Assembly (NCBI GenBank): GCA_964035545.1 | Contig: OZ037773.1 | Location: 6,601,751 to 6,665,750, forward strand | Source: Bugula neritina | Lineage: Eukaryota; Animalia; Bryozoa | Length of the DNA: 64,000 nt | Direction of reading: 5' to 3' | Part shown: piece after piece, positions 1-12,492 of the stretch | How positions within the stretch are numbered: the first letter of the stretch is position 1 | Layout: each line of letters begins with the position of its first letter | The notes under the pieces: generated by a model | Database searches by the model: none | The model's input: the letters and a program-made list of their open reading frames with translations, nothing else | Told to the model about the DNA's origin: nothing | Position numbers and translations under genes: made by a program

Positions 1-335
1 ATTTGAATTTCATGTATTAAACTTATCATCAGTTTTAACACTTGTTGAAATCAATAATTTTCCCCTGGGTTATATATAGCCTGTATACGTACTGTTCAAT
101 AGGTAACGTGAAAGTTTTAACCTCTGTTGTTAATACGCAAGTAATGGCGGACTTTGAAAAATCAATATTTCTACTTTGTTAAATGATGTTTTTCATCAAG
201 ATTATATACGTGTTGTATAACTTGTTTATCAACAGTTGACGTGTTCTATTATGTTTTCTAACAATATTTAGCATCTGTTGAATGTTGTTCACATTAAACT
301 GTGCATATTTTTGAGAAATTGTTTTGCTTTTAGAG

Positions 336-692
336 CAGGGCTGTCCAACAGCTGGACCCAGGGCCAAATGTGGCTCCAGCCTACATTTATGTGGCCCTCA
401 AAAACATAACAAATAAATTTATTTTGTACAGTAAACATGAGTTAAAGGGAAAAATCACGTTTTAAATGTCTTATTTGTATGCATGCTAATAAGCATGCAA
501 CTTGCAGTAACTATTGAGACTTCATTTTGTAATTATTCGTAGGAGTTTGGAATAAAATATTTTGAAAATTACTAATGCTCTTGTCCCCACCCACCCCCCC
601 CCCCCAGCTTGAACTAATGGTTATAATGTCACCCTCGCCACCAGAATATTCTCTTTCAGTGGTCCTCGCTCTGAAAAGGTTGGATACCCCTG
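336..692. mobile_element. hAT (Charlie-like) non-autonomous element / MITE
   Basis: Terminal inverted repeats CAGGGCTGTCCAAC (336-) and GTTGGATACCCCTG (-692); flanking 8-mers TTTTAGAG (328-335) and TATTAGAG (693-700) match 7/8 as a target-site duplication; no transposase ORF. Confidence 0.75.
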
Positions 693-1277
693 TATTAGAG
701 TTTTTCAAATTTTGGATTGAAGTTAATAAGCTTATTATATCAGCAAAAAAAAAAAATTTCCTAAAGAAAATCAAACCGAACTGGCTTTAATGGAATTTGA
801 CCTTTCATTTATTGCGGCACAACGCAATCATTAAAGCTATTCTTTCTTTATAATTTTATCCAATGAAACGGAGTCATTTATTCTTGGCATTTATGTTATT
901 GTGTCATCAAAACTGCAAAAATGTTTCAACTACTATAATGAAAGGTTTTTCAATTGATATGAGCGTTGAGTAGACAATTCTAAGTTCTTCATTGAGCATA
1001 CTCTTGTAATATACAAATGATATTATATTGCTCAAAACAAAACTTGCTTTTCAAACAGAAATTATATTTATATGTAAAGTTTTTATCAGCAAATAAATGG
1101 TTTTTAGTCACATTTTTCAAATTTTAAATGCCTATCAGAATGTTATTTGATACTTCATAACTGCTTCTTTACTAGCTAAATGTTCACCCATCTATACTTC
1201 CCACATCCAGCTTTATGTATAAATATAGTTTAGTCTAAGCCACTCTATGATGGTAACGGGATCTATGAAATCCATTT

Positions 1278-1352
1278 ATACCTACAGCTAACATATTTAG
1301 TACCTACAGCTAATATATTTATACCTACAGCTAATATATTTAGTACCTGCAG
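1278..1352. repeat. Short tandem repeat, ~21-22 bp unit TACCTACAGCTAATATATTTA(G), ~3.5 copies
   Basis: Directly visible. Confidence 0.8.
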
Positions 1353-2236
1353 GGTATAATATTGATGAAGTTATCTTGGTTGACTGACATCCAATGACTT
1401 GCAAGTGGGCTTATTTGTGAACAATCACGCTGCCGTATATTACGCTGCTAAAGCTGTGCGGCTGATGACTTATAAATCAATACACTGTATCAGATTCTCA
1501 CATTCTATTTATTTATATTCAACTCCAAACTCTTTGATTTTGTGCTTTTCTAGCGAATAGCAAGGGTAGTCTTTCTGAAACTCCGAGTCACATTACTGTT
1601 GTCACATGAGCACTGTTGTCACACCATCACTGTTGTCACATCATCGTCTGCAACTGGATATTGTAAGTTATATAAGTTATTTGATGAATTTTTTTAAGAA
1701 TTACTTTTCAACAACTTTTTTATGATTTAGTTTTTATTTTCCATGCAACTTACAATATTGAAATTATTTTGTATTGTAAAAATACGTGACTTATCATTTA
1801 AATAAAAAATTATGTTTCAATATATTCATTTGTTATTTAATTATTGCATCTGCATTCTGCAATCCTTAACCCTTAGACCTAAAATAGACATAGAAGACTA
1901 GGGTCTCAGGCCTAAAGTCATTAGGTTCGCATCTTACCAATTTTGTACATCAATAAACAGCCAATAGACAAAGCTCAACTGCTTCTAGAATTGTAGGCCA
2001 ACCTAGAAGAATATACCAACCGTATACAACCATGTGTTATATACAGTTATATTATATATATAGTTTTATGTTACATAGTTTTATTTTATACAATTTTATG
2101 TTATATAGTTTCATGTTATACAGTTTTATGTTATACAGTTATACGTTATATACAGTCTTATGTTATATACTTATATTTCAGAAGCTCAGATGCGTACAGA
2201 GTTTGATTGGTTACAGAAGTAAAAGGAACTATTAAA

Positions 2237-5200
2237 ATGATCAATAATGAGGTAACCTGTCCAGACACATTGCATATCTTTACTTAGCTAAAGGTTCTGG
2301 CTTGGAGTTTGAGATGTTCAAAGCGCCTCCCGTCTTTTATTTTAAATGCTATCACTTCACCATATTGCTTGCTGTTTCAAAACTTCTGAATTTATGTGAT
2401 TTCATTTTCTTGGCCATGAATTTTAAATACTGTATTCATCCTAATAGTATAAGAAAAGTCATAACCTAAAACCCTCGTCATAATTACATGGTTTGTTTTT
2501 TATAAATAACATTCTGCCAATATCTTGTTTTATATTATTATATTAATTATTTGACATTATAAATGCTATATTTGAGCTCCACCTTTCACTGATTAAAACT
2601 TTTATCAGTTAGGTTGTGCATGTAGATTGTCTATTACACCAGCTGGTGAACTCACACCATTTTTAGTTTATTGATTTTATAATATTGTAAGAATGAATGG
2701 CTCTCATGACATATTAAAGTTAAATTATTCAGTGATAAGTACGTGAGGTGTGATCATATACTGGAATATTAGCAAAAACAATTAATTACAATAATTATAG
2801 TTCTATAATTAGGTACAAAAATGATAAGCGCCAGTTTTTACCTATCTAGTGTTAATCTAGCGTTAAGTGCTTGATGAAAATTCAAAAAAGATCATTTCGT
2901 AACTATGATAACTATTCATCAGTTGAGATTTTGAGAAATATTTAAACGAAATTTTATCTGCTGTGAAAAATATTTGCTAAAATATGTTCTATAGTATAAA
3001 TAATTATTCATTTCTACTAATAAATTAAACAAAACATTATTCAAACTCTACAGGGAATCGTTTGCACTCATATTATTTTCATTTTGATTTATTCGGTAGC
3101 CACTGCTCTAGATGAATACAATTATAACAACTGTATCTCACATAAACCTGATGTTGCTAGGGAGTAGCAATAATTTATTCTGAATTACCGTATCTGCTTT
3201 GTATAGCAGGTCTTTCACTGGCTGATAACTTTTGTTTATATATAAAGATTTTTTATAGAATTCTTGCTCAGTTGTAGTACCACTTGTCAATTTTCTATAA
3301 TCAAGTTGTACCACACAGTTCAAACTGAGGCACTATGGAGAAATTTTTGTCACTAATAATTTCTAATGCACATGTGTCCATTTTTAATTTATACAATTGT
3401 TTATTATCTGAACAAATTAAAACTGATTTATCTCAACTGTTTGAAGGCAATATGCTGAAAGATATTGTGATTTACACGATGTCCGTAGGTGCGTAGAGTG
3501 CAAAAATTTACCAGATATTTTCAATATTTAAAACATATTTTGGAGCACTATTTTTGGTAACAATATCATTCTGCCATCTGAACTTCTATATTACTGCTGC
3601 CAGGTTGCATAACAGCCATTAGCCATTACACGTGTTCCCTTCAATACAGCTGAGGTGACCAGGTCATAGTATAGCCTCAAGTCCTCACCTTATTATGTAG
3701 ATAACAAGGGACGAGAGGTACCACCTCAACACAGAAGATGTGATGTACAATGAAGGGTGTGATGGTGGTACAGGAGACCAGAGTCTGTTGAGGTCTCCGT
3801 GGAACCAGACAAAGGCCGAGCATGTACTTCAAGAAGCTCAGGCTCATGAGGATAAACACAAGAAGACTGTCTGCAACAAGATACAAGGTAGTATAAGCCA
3901 ATGATGTTATGTTAACTTCATTTATAACAAAATTGTTTAACCTTCAACCTTATTGGTTTGTAGGTGTCTGATATGCTAGGGATATTATATATCAAATTAG
4001 TTATAAATGTTGTAAAGGCTGTGTTTTAGCTGTTTTATGACCTAAACTCAAAACCAGCTTGATAAACCTACACTTTCTAAACTAGTGTTCCCTGATTGTC
4101 TCAGAAAACTCGTATATTAAATGTCTTTGCGATACTTCATGTAACAGCAGGTTAAGCTGCGTCAAATTAAAAATATTCCCTCAGTTCTGTCATATTGCAA
4201 AGTCCGCTCGAAATGAAATGTCTGCGTCAATTCTGCTTGATGGTTTATTTTGACAGTCACACGTTTCTTTGATAAAAATAGTTTGAGAGTTTATTTTTCT
4301 ATTCAGTAATTTAATTTGGAGAATATCAGTCAGCTGATACATTTCCTTGACTTCCTTCTACGTTACGTCTCGAGTTGCAGCAGGAAATGAGCCGTCTGTG
4401 GTGTCAGATTATAATTGACATCAAGTGGTTTCAGATTGACTCGGTATTTAAGACAACCCGAATTAAGTATTTCTCAGTTAGACTTCGTAGTGTCATTGTC
4501 TAATACCTGTCTCTCTAGCATTTTATACACAAATTCTCTCACGTTGTGGTCCTACAGAGGTAGTCATATTCTTATCACACATTCCGTTGTTGGTAAATTA
4601 GAATTTAGATAAAAACCTAGAAAAATAGAGGTATAAAATACTACATACTTTATTGGTGCTGAAAGTAATTATTATTTATGTTTTACTAACTGTTTAAATA
4701 ATGTGCTGTTAATTATTAGATTTTCATACTATTGGATAACTAGATTACGTTGCAATTATTAGCATGTTGTCCACCAATGTTACGCACCTTTTTCATGCTA
4801 TAACTACAGTGTTTATTAGGGTTACATGTGATCTGGTTTTGTTATAATGCCTGCTAAAGTTATATATTTCATTTGTATCACTGTTTATATCTTGCATGAA
4901 TATTTGTTAGGCGCAGTTTTCCCAGTGATAGTCATGGGCATCATCTTGGGACTTGTGGTGATGCTGTTCATAATAAACAACTCTAGTGCCATAACAGCAG
5001 CAATAGATATTCCTATTCCATACAGCTGCAAGGATTCCTGCAGGTATTACAGGGCAGACAATTCCCATGTGTTTAAAAATTGTTCCAGTATCATTCGTTG
5101 AGTATTATAAAATAGAAGCAATAGTTTGCTAAAGCTTTGCATTTTGGTTTTTATACAGTTTCGGAATTACTTTTGATTATTCAGCATTTAATGTTTCATT

Positions 5201-8200
5201 TTCATAGAGAAATGAATAATTTTTCTTACCTCATTTCCAAACTAGTGGGGAAAATCCAGAATTCACTTACTGTTAATTGCTTCATTCTGTCGCTTTACAT
5301 AAATTGACAGTGCAGCCGGTACTTGATCGATGTGTCATACCATTGTATAAACTGACACCTGTTTGCAGTGTGTCATTGGTGGAGAGTATCCCAGAAAACC
5401 TGACATATCCAGCAGGTGCCCCAACTCACAGCTCAACCTACTCGGCATGGAAAGATCTCATCTCATTGGCTAATCAATCTATAGAAATAGCATCCATGTA
5501 TTGGACGATGAGGAATAAGGAGACTGGAACCACATCACCTACAGCGCAGCAGGTACTAAATGACTTATAAATGTTTGTTATTTCATCATAATACTCATAT
5601 GTAGGTTCAAAGACCCCCCCCCTCTAATCTACTCCGGTCATTTACTATATGCAAAAGTAATCAGTATTTTAGCATGTGTTTTCTCTACTGAACATTTATT
5701 ATGGTTGATGAAATTTAGACTAATTATCAAATCTGTTTTCATAAAACTTATATTGTGGCAAGAAATGCAGGGTGCCTCCATATATGACATCACCTGCCAG
5801 TCTAGGGCATGTTGTCATCATACACCTGTCCAGGGCACTGTCATCCTGTGTCACTCTAGAGCAGAATAGTGTCATCTGTGGCATTGTTTGCAAAGTGCTC
5901 TAAGTTCCTTTAAACTTTTAGTGCCAGCAAAAATTTGTTACGGTTCATATTTAGGTGCTGTATTTAAAATATGTGGATGCAAACAATGCATCTAGTCTTT
6001 TAGTTATTACTTTGAGATTGTAAATTGATGGGCTGATTTTATTGTTTTATTTTGCTAAATCAGGGAAAAAATGTTTTAATAATTGTAAACTTTTCTTTGT
6101 TCCACAGTAAACCCTCTGCAAGCATTCTTTTAGATTCTGCTAGAAATTATTTATTTTTATACATAATAAAGTATACAAACACACACACGCACGCACACAC
6201 ATACGCACACACACACAACACACGCACACACACACAACACACACACACACAACACACGCACACAAATATTATTCACCTGTGTTCTTACCTGCTACCTTCT
6301 GTTATTCAGGGGGAGGAAATATTTCAATATATCAAGTTAGCCTTAGGTCGCGGTGTCAAGGTCAGGATAGTGCAAGATTCCGAGCAAGAGGAGACGAAAT
6401 TACTGGCTAAACTGGGTGAATATACTTGTCATTAGCTTGTAACTATCTGTCTAGCATAAAAAAGCTTTGAAATTCTTATTTCGCGCTATTGGGAGTTGCC
6501 TCCTTTAATGGAATAGGCCATGGAAAATACAGACTTCAATAACTTGCTGGCACCAAGATTTATTCAGTTCTCGTCCAACCAGCTTCAATCATTCATGACT
6601 TGAAGCTGTGGGATGGCAAGCATAGGTTACTTTTTCAGTGACAATAAAATGTTTGCATTGTGATTTTCTTTGTCTCTAAAGCCTGAGCTTTTTTGTTATT
6701 TTCTCAGGGGCTGACGTGAGGACCCTCAACGTTTCTCGTCTGCTCGGCGCTGGAATTCTGCACACCAAGTTCATCATAGCGGATAACCAGAGTTTCTACG
6801 TTGGCTCTGCCAACATGGACTGGCGCTCTCTCACACAGGCTCGTAATATTATCTAAATATTTTTGTCATCAAGTTTAACCAATCGCATCAATGTGTGGGT
6901 CACAGTGAATCTGGTTCTATTAATAGAGTTAGAAAAGTTTCAAGTGTAGCTAATATGTTTACATAGTATTAGAATTTAATTCAAATTTGGGTATCAAGTC
7001 ATGCCAGGTAAACACTAGAAGTATAAAGTGCTTTTATTGGTAGCAAGCTGGTATCACTGGGTGGACAACTTCCATATGTGTCTACTCTGTATTCCAGGTC
7101 AAAGAATTGGGTGTTCATGTAGACCGATGTAGCTGCCCTATAGTTGACGACATTTATAAAATATTTGAAATCTATTGGCTGTTGGCGAAAGACAACAACT
7201 CCACTATTCCAACTCCTTGGCCTCAGTACCTTGATACGTATTATAATATCTCAAACCCTCTTGACATGGACCTTGGGCTTAACGAATCAGCTAATGTATT
7301 TCTTTCCGTAAGTTTGTTGCTTGTATCATTCGTAGAACCAAATTTTAAAATCTACTTTCATTAAAATAAAGGCTTGATTATAAGTATGCTACAAAGTTGG
7401 TAGAAACATACTATGTAATGCATTCATAAGTATATTTTTACTGTATGAAGTGCAGTTGTTGTTAACATACAGTAGCTTAGTCTCAGTTCCTTATTACTAT
7501 AGTAGCCTAGGTTTTCAGCTATTATAGCTACTGTTGCATGTAATATCTTAAGCATGAATGGACATAAGTGAATGTGATTGCACACATGCTTCTTATTGAA
7601 GCTGGTCATCACTCTTTTCTCTATTTGTAATTGATTGAGCTGATATACACTTGCGTTTGATTGGTTGAGCTGGTATACACTTGCGTTTGATTGGTTGAAT
7701 GATTTCTCACTTGTGATTGGTCGAGCACTTGTTGGTGATTGGCTGTGGTATTGTAGAGCTCGCCTGCCGATTTCTGCACAACCTCTAGAACTGTAGATCT
7801 CAATGCAATACTACAAATAATGGACGACGCGGAGGAGTTTGTACACGTGGCCGTGATGGACTTCTTCCCAACTACTCTGTACATGCACCCCGCCAACTCC
7901 AATATGTATGTTTTTATTGGATCTATATCGCTTTATGAGGAATTTGGTCAAACTTATAATAAATAATCTCAACTAGGGCTAAGCAACAAATCAAACCCAA
8001 TACGTCTGTGATGTATACACCCCTGGCCTAAAGGTTATTATAGATGTAATATTTGCGGGAATCATTTGAATATTCTGAAATATTCTACGGGGATGGGTGT
8101 CATATGATGATATTGTTGAGGTCTTGCCATTTAAAGCAGGATTTTTGCGTGTGAAACCATATGCGATGAGTGAGGGAGTTACCTGCCCTACACAATACGT

Positions 8201-10290
8201 TGACAGCGGCAGCGAAACTGGAGTGGCCAATAGTATTTGCCAATGGCTTTGCTGCCTTATGTTATCTCATTTTTCAATCTCACTCACAGTGCTTAATAAC
8301 CCATGATAGATTCAAATAAAAATGCAAATTAAAGGCCAGAAATGAAGTCACTGAATATTACTCATATTGCAAGAGCTTTTTGGCAGTATTTATTCAGTAT
8401 GTTGGCCACCATAAATCTGCACAAAACAGCCATAAAGTTTTTTACTAGCAATTTGTATGGAATTTTGCTTCATGTAGCCAGACTTTTACAGTGGCAATTG
8501 AAAATAAAGTTGCCATTTGCCAGCTGGTAACTTTCAGTATGCATGCACACTTCACTACAATAATTATTACATGTAGTTAGAGGTTGTGTGCACTTTGTTG
8601 CTATACTAATTATTACATAAGGTTGGTTTTAAGGAAGTATGTTTCTGTATAAATTGTGAGTTACATCTCACTGTGCAAAAGCTGTATTATTGTTTACTAT
8701 ATCACAATATAATGTTCATTACTATATTTCACTAGCAACAAATGTGAAAAGCCGAAACCAAGGCCGTGAGTGGCTGTTGTACGAGCCTGCATTGTTGTGT
8801 GCAGTATGAGAGTTATCTTTCCTATTGTTGTTTCTCTGTATACCGTTACTAGCTGCTCTTCTTTGCATAAACATATTTTGTACAGGCATGACGTTGCTAT
8901 GCATTGTAATTTTATTGCTATGTTTGATATTTGTACTTCTTGTGATCATCTTTTCTGTCCACTTGTTGAGTTCTCATGACGTTCTGCACCAGCTGGAGGT
9001 TGTCCTTCTTTCTATGCAAGGTTCAGAGTTGGTATTTATTGTAAAGTTTACTTTTAGCAACAGTTTTATACCTTCCAGCACCTTTACTCCTGGTTTGTTC
9101 TTTCAGTGTTCTCAACATAGCATTTCATGTGTCAATAAAGTTGCCATTTAGTAGAATGTCGTTGTGGGCTACTCACTTTTCTCATGATCAAAGAGTGGTG
9201 GAGACTCAAATCTTGCTAATTGGTAGTTTTAAGTGAAAATTGATTCCCTGTCTTCATGTTGGCTATAAGTTTAATTTAATTTTATTTATATTTAAGTAAA
9301 TTTCATTTAAATATAATTTTTTTTAGCATTTGGTTTATTTAATTAATTTAATTTAGTATAAACTTTGTTATTTGGATTTAATAAGTTTAATTGGTCTGCT
9401 GCAGATTTCATTCAATTGGTCTGCTGCAGATTCTGGCCTGATATTGACAATAAGATGAGGCAGATTGCCTTTGAAAGAAACATCCAGGTGCGACTCCTAG
9501 CGTCGTATTGGAATCATACGGACCCTGTCATGTTGAACTACCTACAGTCTCTCAAAGTGTTCAGTAGTAACATTGACGTGGTGAGTCATATCTCTCTTTT
9601 ATCTTTTTATCTTCAACTTATTATCACTGCGTTTCTATTACTTAGCATTATGTGAATTGATGCTCATACAGTGAATTTAGGGTTGTGGTTTCATTTGATG
9701 CAACTGTTTCTAAACACCAATGAAATTCCCATTCGCATAATATGCATAATGCGAAGCTGGGAGATGTAGTGATTGTCATTATCCTAACTATCTATCAATA
9801 AAGATAAATATTTTTATTAACAGGAGTAAAGATAAGTTAAGATGTATTGTTGAAATTTTTGCTGTTGAGTCATCTTAGCATCAGCTTACTGCTTAGTCAC
9901 CCTTGATTATCTATGGACATTATTTTTTACTGATTCATGATGCCCTCACAGTTATCGTATTGTGTTTTATAGAAAGTGTTTGTGGTGCCCACATATGGTG
10001 ATCAGGCAGAAATACCATTCAGCAGAGTCAACCACAACAAATACATGGTTACTGACAGGGTGGCATATATAGGTGGGTGTGTCTATCTGATATATGTAGG
10101 TGGGTGTGTCTATCTGACATATAGGTGGGTGTGTCTATCTGATATATATGGGTGTGTCTACCGGATATATATAGGTGGGTGTGTCTATCTGATATATGTA
10201 GGTGGGTGTGTCTATCTGATATATATAGGTGGGTGTTCTATCTGACATATCGGTGGGTGTGTCTACCGGATATATAGGTGGGTGTGTCTA

Positions 10291-10331
<41 letters not shown>

Positions 10332-10844
10332 TGGGTGTGTTTATCTGATATATATGTGGGTGTGTCTACCGGATATACAGGTGGGTGTGTTTATCTGATA
10401 TATATATAGGTGGGTGTGTCTATCTGGTATATAGGTGGGTGTGTCTACCGGATATATGTAGGTCACATAGACATCGATGGCTAAATCATGCAAAATGTTG
10501 ATCGGGTGAAATTTTGACATTCATAAAGAATAAATCTAATTTTACTTCACTTTTCTCATATTCAAGTTCGTTTCACATTCAACCAATCACAGACTGACTA
10601 TGTTAAAATTAACCAATAGCATGTCATTTTAGGAACTTCAAACTGGTCTGGAGATTATTTCCTCAACACTGCTGGTGTGGGGATGATATTCAACCAATCA
10701 GATTCAAGCTCACAAACTGATATTAGGCATCAGTTAAATGACGTATTTATGAGAGACTGGGACTCAGAATACAGTAACGACGTTAACGGTCTGTACAGCG
10801 CCTTCAACGGGTTGCAGCCAGAAGTTTCCACCCAACCAGTATAA
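2237..10844 (+). CDS. PLD3: PLD3/PLD4-family 5'-3' exonuclease (phospholipase D superfamily, type II membrane protein), ~525 aa
   Basis: Phase-consistent exons: 2237-2251 (tentative start MINNE), 3701-3887, 4911-5043 (TM helix [21 protein letters not shown]), 5369-5552 (LVESIPENL...IEIASMYWT), 6310-6415, 6708-6838 ([11 protein letters not shown]...[17 protein letters not shown]1), 7098-7307 (VKELGV), 7757-7905 (SSPADFC), 9430-9580 (FWPDID), 9973-10072 ([14 protein letters not shown]2), 10633-10844 ([10 protein letters not shown]...FMRDWDS, TAA). The first exon is the least certain; a possible non-coding exon lies at ~1554-1662. Confidence 0.93.
6178..6264. repeat. Imperfect (CA)n microsatellite in PLD3 intron
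   Basis: ACACACACGC... run ending ~45 nt before the acceptor at 6309. Confidence 0.9.
7630..7745. repeat. Degenerate ~27 bp tandem repeat (TGATTGGTTGAGCTGGTATACACTTGC) just upstream of PLD3 acceptor 7756
   Basis: Repeated TGATTGG / CACTTG cores. Confidence 0.7.
9671..9757. repeat. Dispersed repeat family fragment, copy 1
   Basis: Core TTTCATTNGATGCAACTGTTT...CATAATG(C/G)GAAGC shared with 57556-57664 and 63652-63740. Confidence 0.65.
10065..10462. repeat. Minisatellite (~25-27 bp, ATATATAGGTGGGTGTGTCTATCTG) that starts in a PLD3 exon and repeats its splice donor
   Basis: First unit spans the real junction ATAG|GTGGGT at 10072/10073; about 14 units with an embedded (AT)n. Confidence 0.92.
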
Positions 10845-12492
10845 CCATCTCTAATCAATAGTCTTAGCTATTTCCTTGTAGTGTCAGCCATTTCTATTCG
10901 AATGAAAGTTTCAGCAAGATTTTTAATCTTTGATGATTTATCCTATGCATATAGGTTTTACCCAGGAGGTATATATTTTGTATACGCAAATGTGTAACAG
11001 CCATCAGTTTATACTAGTATTATTTCAATGTAACAGTGCAAGCCCAGTTTACTGCAAGTTTTTATTCTAAATGTAATGAACTTTGAACATAGATATTGTT
11101 AGTTCCCAGAATGCAATGTGTTTCAGTTATGTGTTGAAATGTTCATTTGTTTCTGTGTGAAGTTGCAATACCACTATCATATCAGTGCCAGATTCATCTT
11201 ATCTGATGACATCCTTCATGATAGCAATGATAAGCTTTGATAAGCTTCTTGATATTTGACTGATTTAGACTGCAAGTATGTGAGATTACCTTTTACACTG
11301 TATAGATTGTGGGTTTCCCCTTTCATATCTTTATCACACATTTATCAGATACTTATATTTATAAGTTATCAGTTTGATTATAGATATCCATTGTTTCTAA
11401 TACGATTGTTGTCACAATTTATTATATTTGCAAATTGTGTTTTGTCTTTTCTTTTTTGTGCCCTTTTTTACTCCAAAACTATTTGCATAAATACAATTAT
11501 CATAAAGTTTGCATTTTTTTTGGTTTCACAAAGTATATCATGGTCCTGTGTCCATACTGTAGTTATGATGTAGTCTTAGTGTAAGTTTTTGTCCTCGTTT
11601 TACTGCAAACTTTTTTAAAAGGAGACTGTGCAGGTTTTGATGCTTTAGTGTACTAAAATAACTCATTTTTCAACTCATTTAACTCACTGTTCAGAATATT
11701 TTATATCTTTTGTATTTCCTTGGTATATTTTTCAGCTTTGCAACTCAATGCTTATGAATAAATGTTATGTATTTTTCTAATTATTTTTCTCTTGTTTTGT
11801 AGTTGTTTTATTACAAAATATAGTTTTAAGCTTTTAGCAATGGTGCAGACCTTGTACTGGTTTGTAATTCAATCAGACATGCTTATACACGCTTATACAC
11901 ACTTATACGAAAGTACACAAGGTGACTCATAACCTGTCTTAAACATTTTTACTAAATTACCAATTATTGCAATGGTGGCTTTGCTTCATTTCTTGCTTTA
12001 AATAAATGAATATATTATGCATATTCCATCTTTCAGTTTGAAGGGGAGGTACATGAGAAATGCGAATAAAAACTCGATGCAAGCTTGAAAAAAATTTTGT
12101 TACTCCTTTGTAAAGGTTTCTTGAGTGCCATTAAGCAATACACATTTCATTTTTGCACCAAAACCTTGTAATTCGACAATGTGAAAAGTGGCTTACTGCT
12201 GAGCACCTATCCACTGAGCGTATATCCTTTCATGTATAGGCTTTGAAACAATTTAGATTCATGGATATCAACAAACTATGATATCATGTGAACCAAAATG
12301 TGTCCAACGCCTGTTCGCTTAGTTTAAACCTTGCAACATGATGTCTAATCTTATTCACTGCATTACTTTACCAACCAAAAAAAGAGAGGCTGTGTTGAGG
12401 AACGGAAACTATCTGCAAGGAAAAGTCAGCTGTCCAAAGATACGCAAATGAGTAAGAACAGGTGATTGATAACTCGACATGCAGACGTCAAC

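Noticed and set aside
8722-9151. Hydrophobic ORFs inside PLD3 intron 8
   Set aside because: Low-complexity T-rich sequence, non-ATG or weak starts, no recognisable motif.
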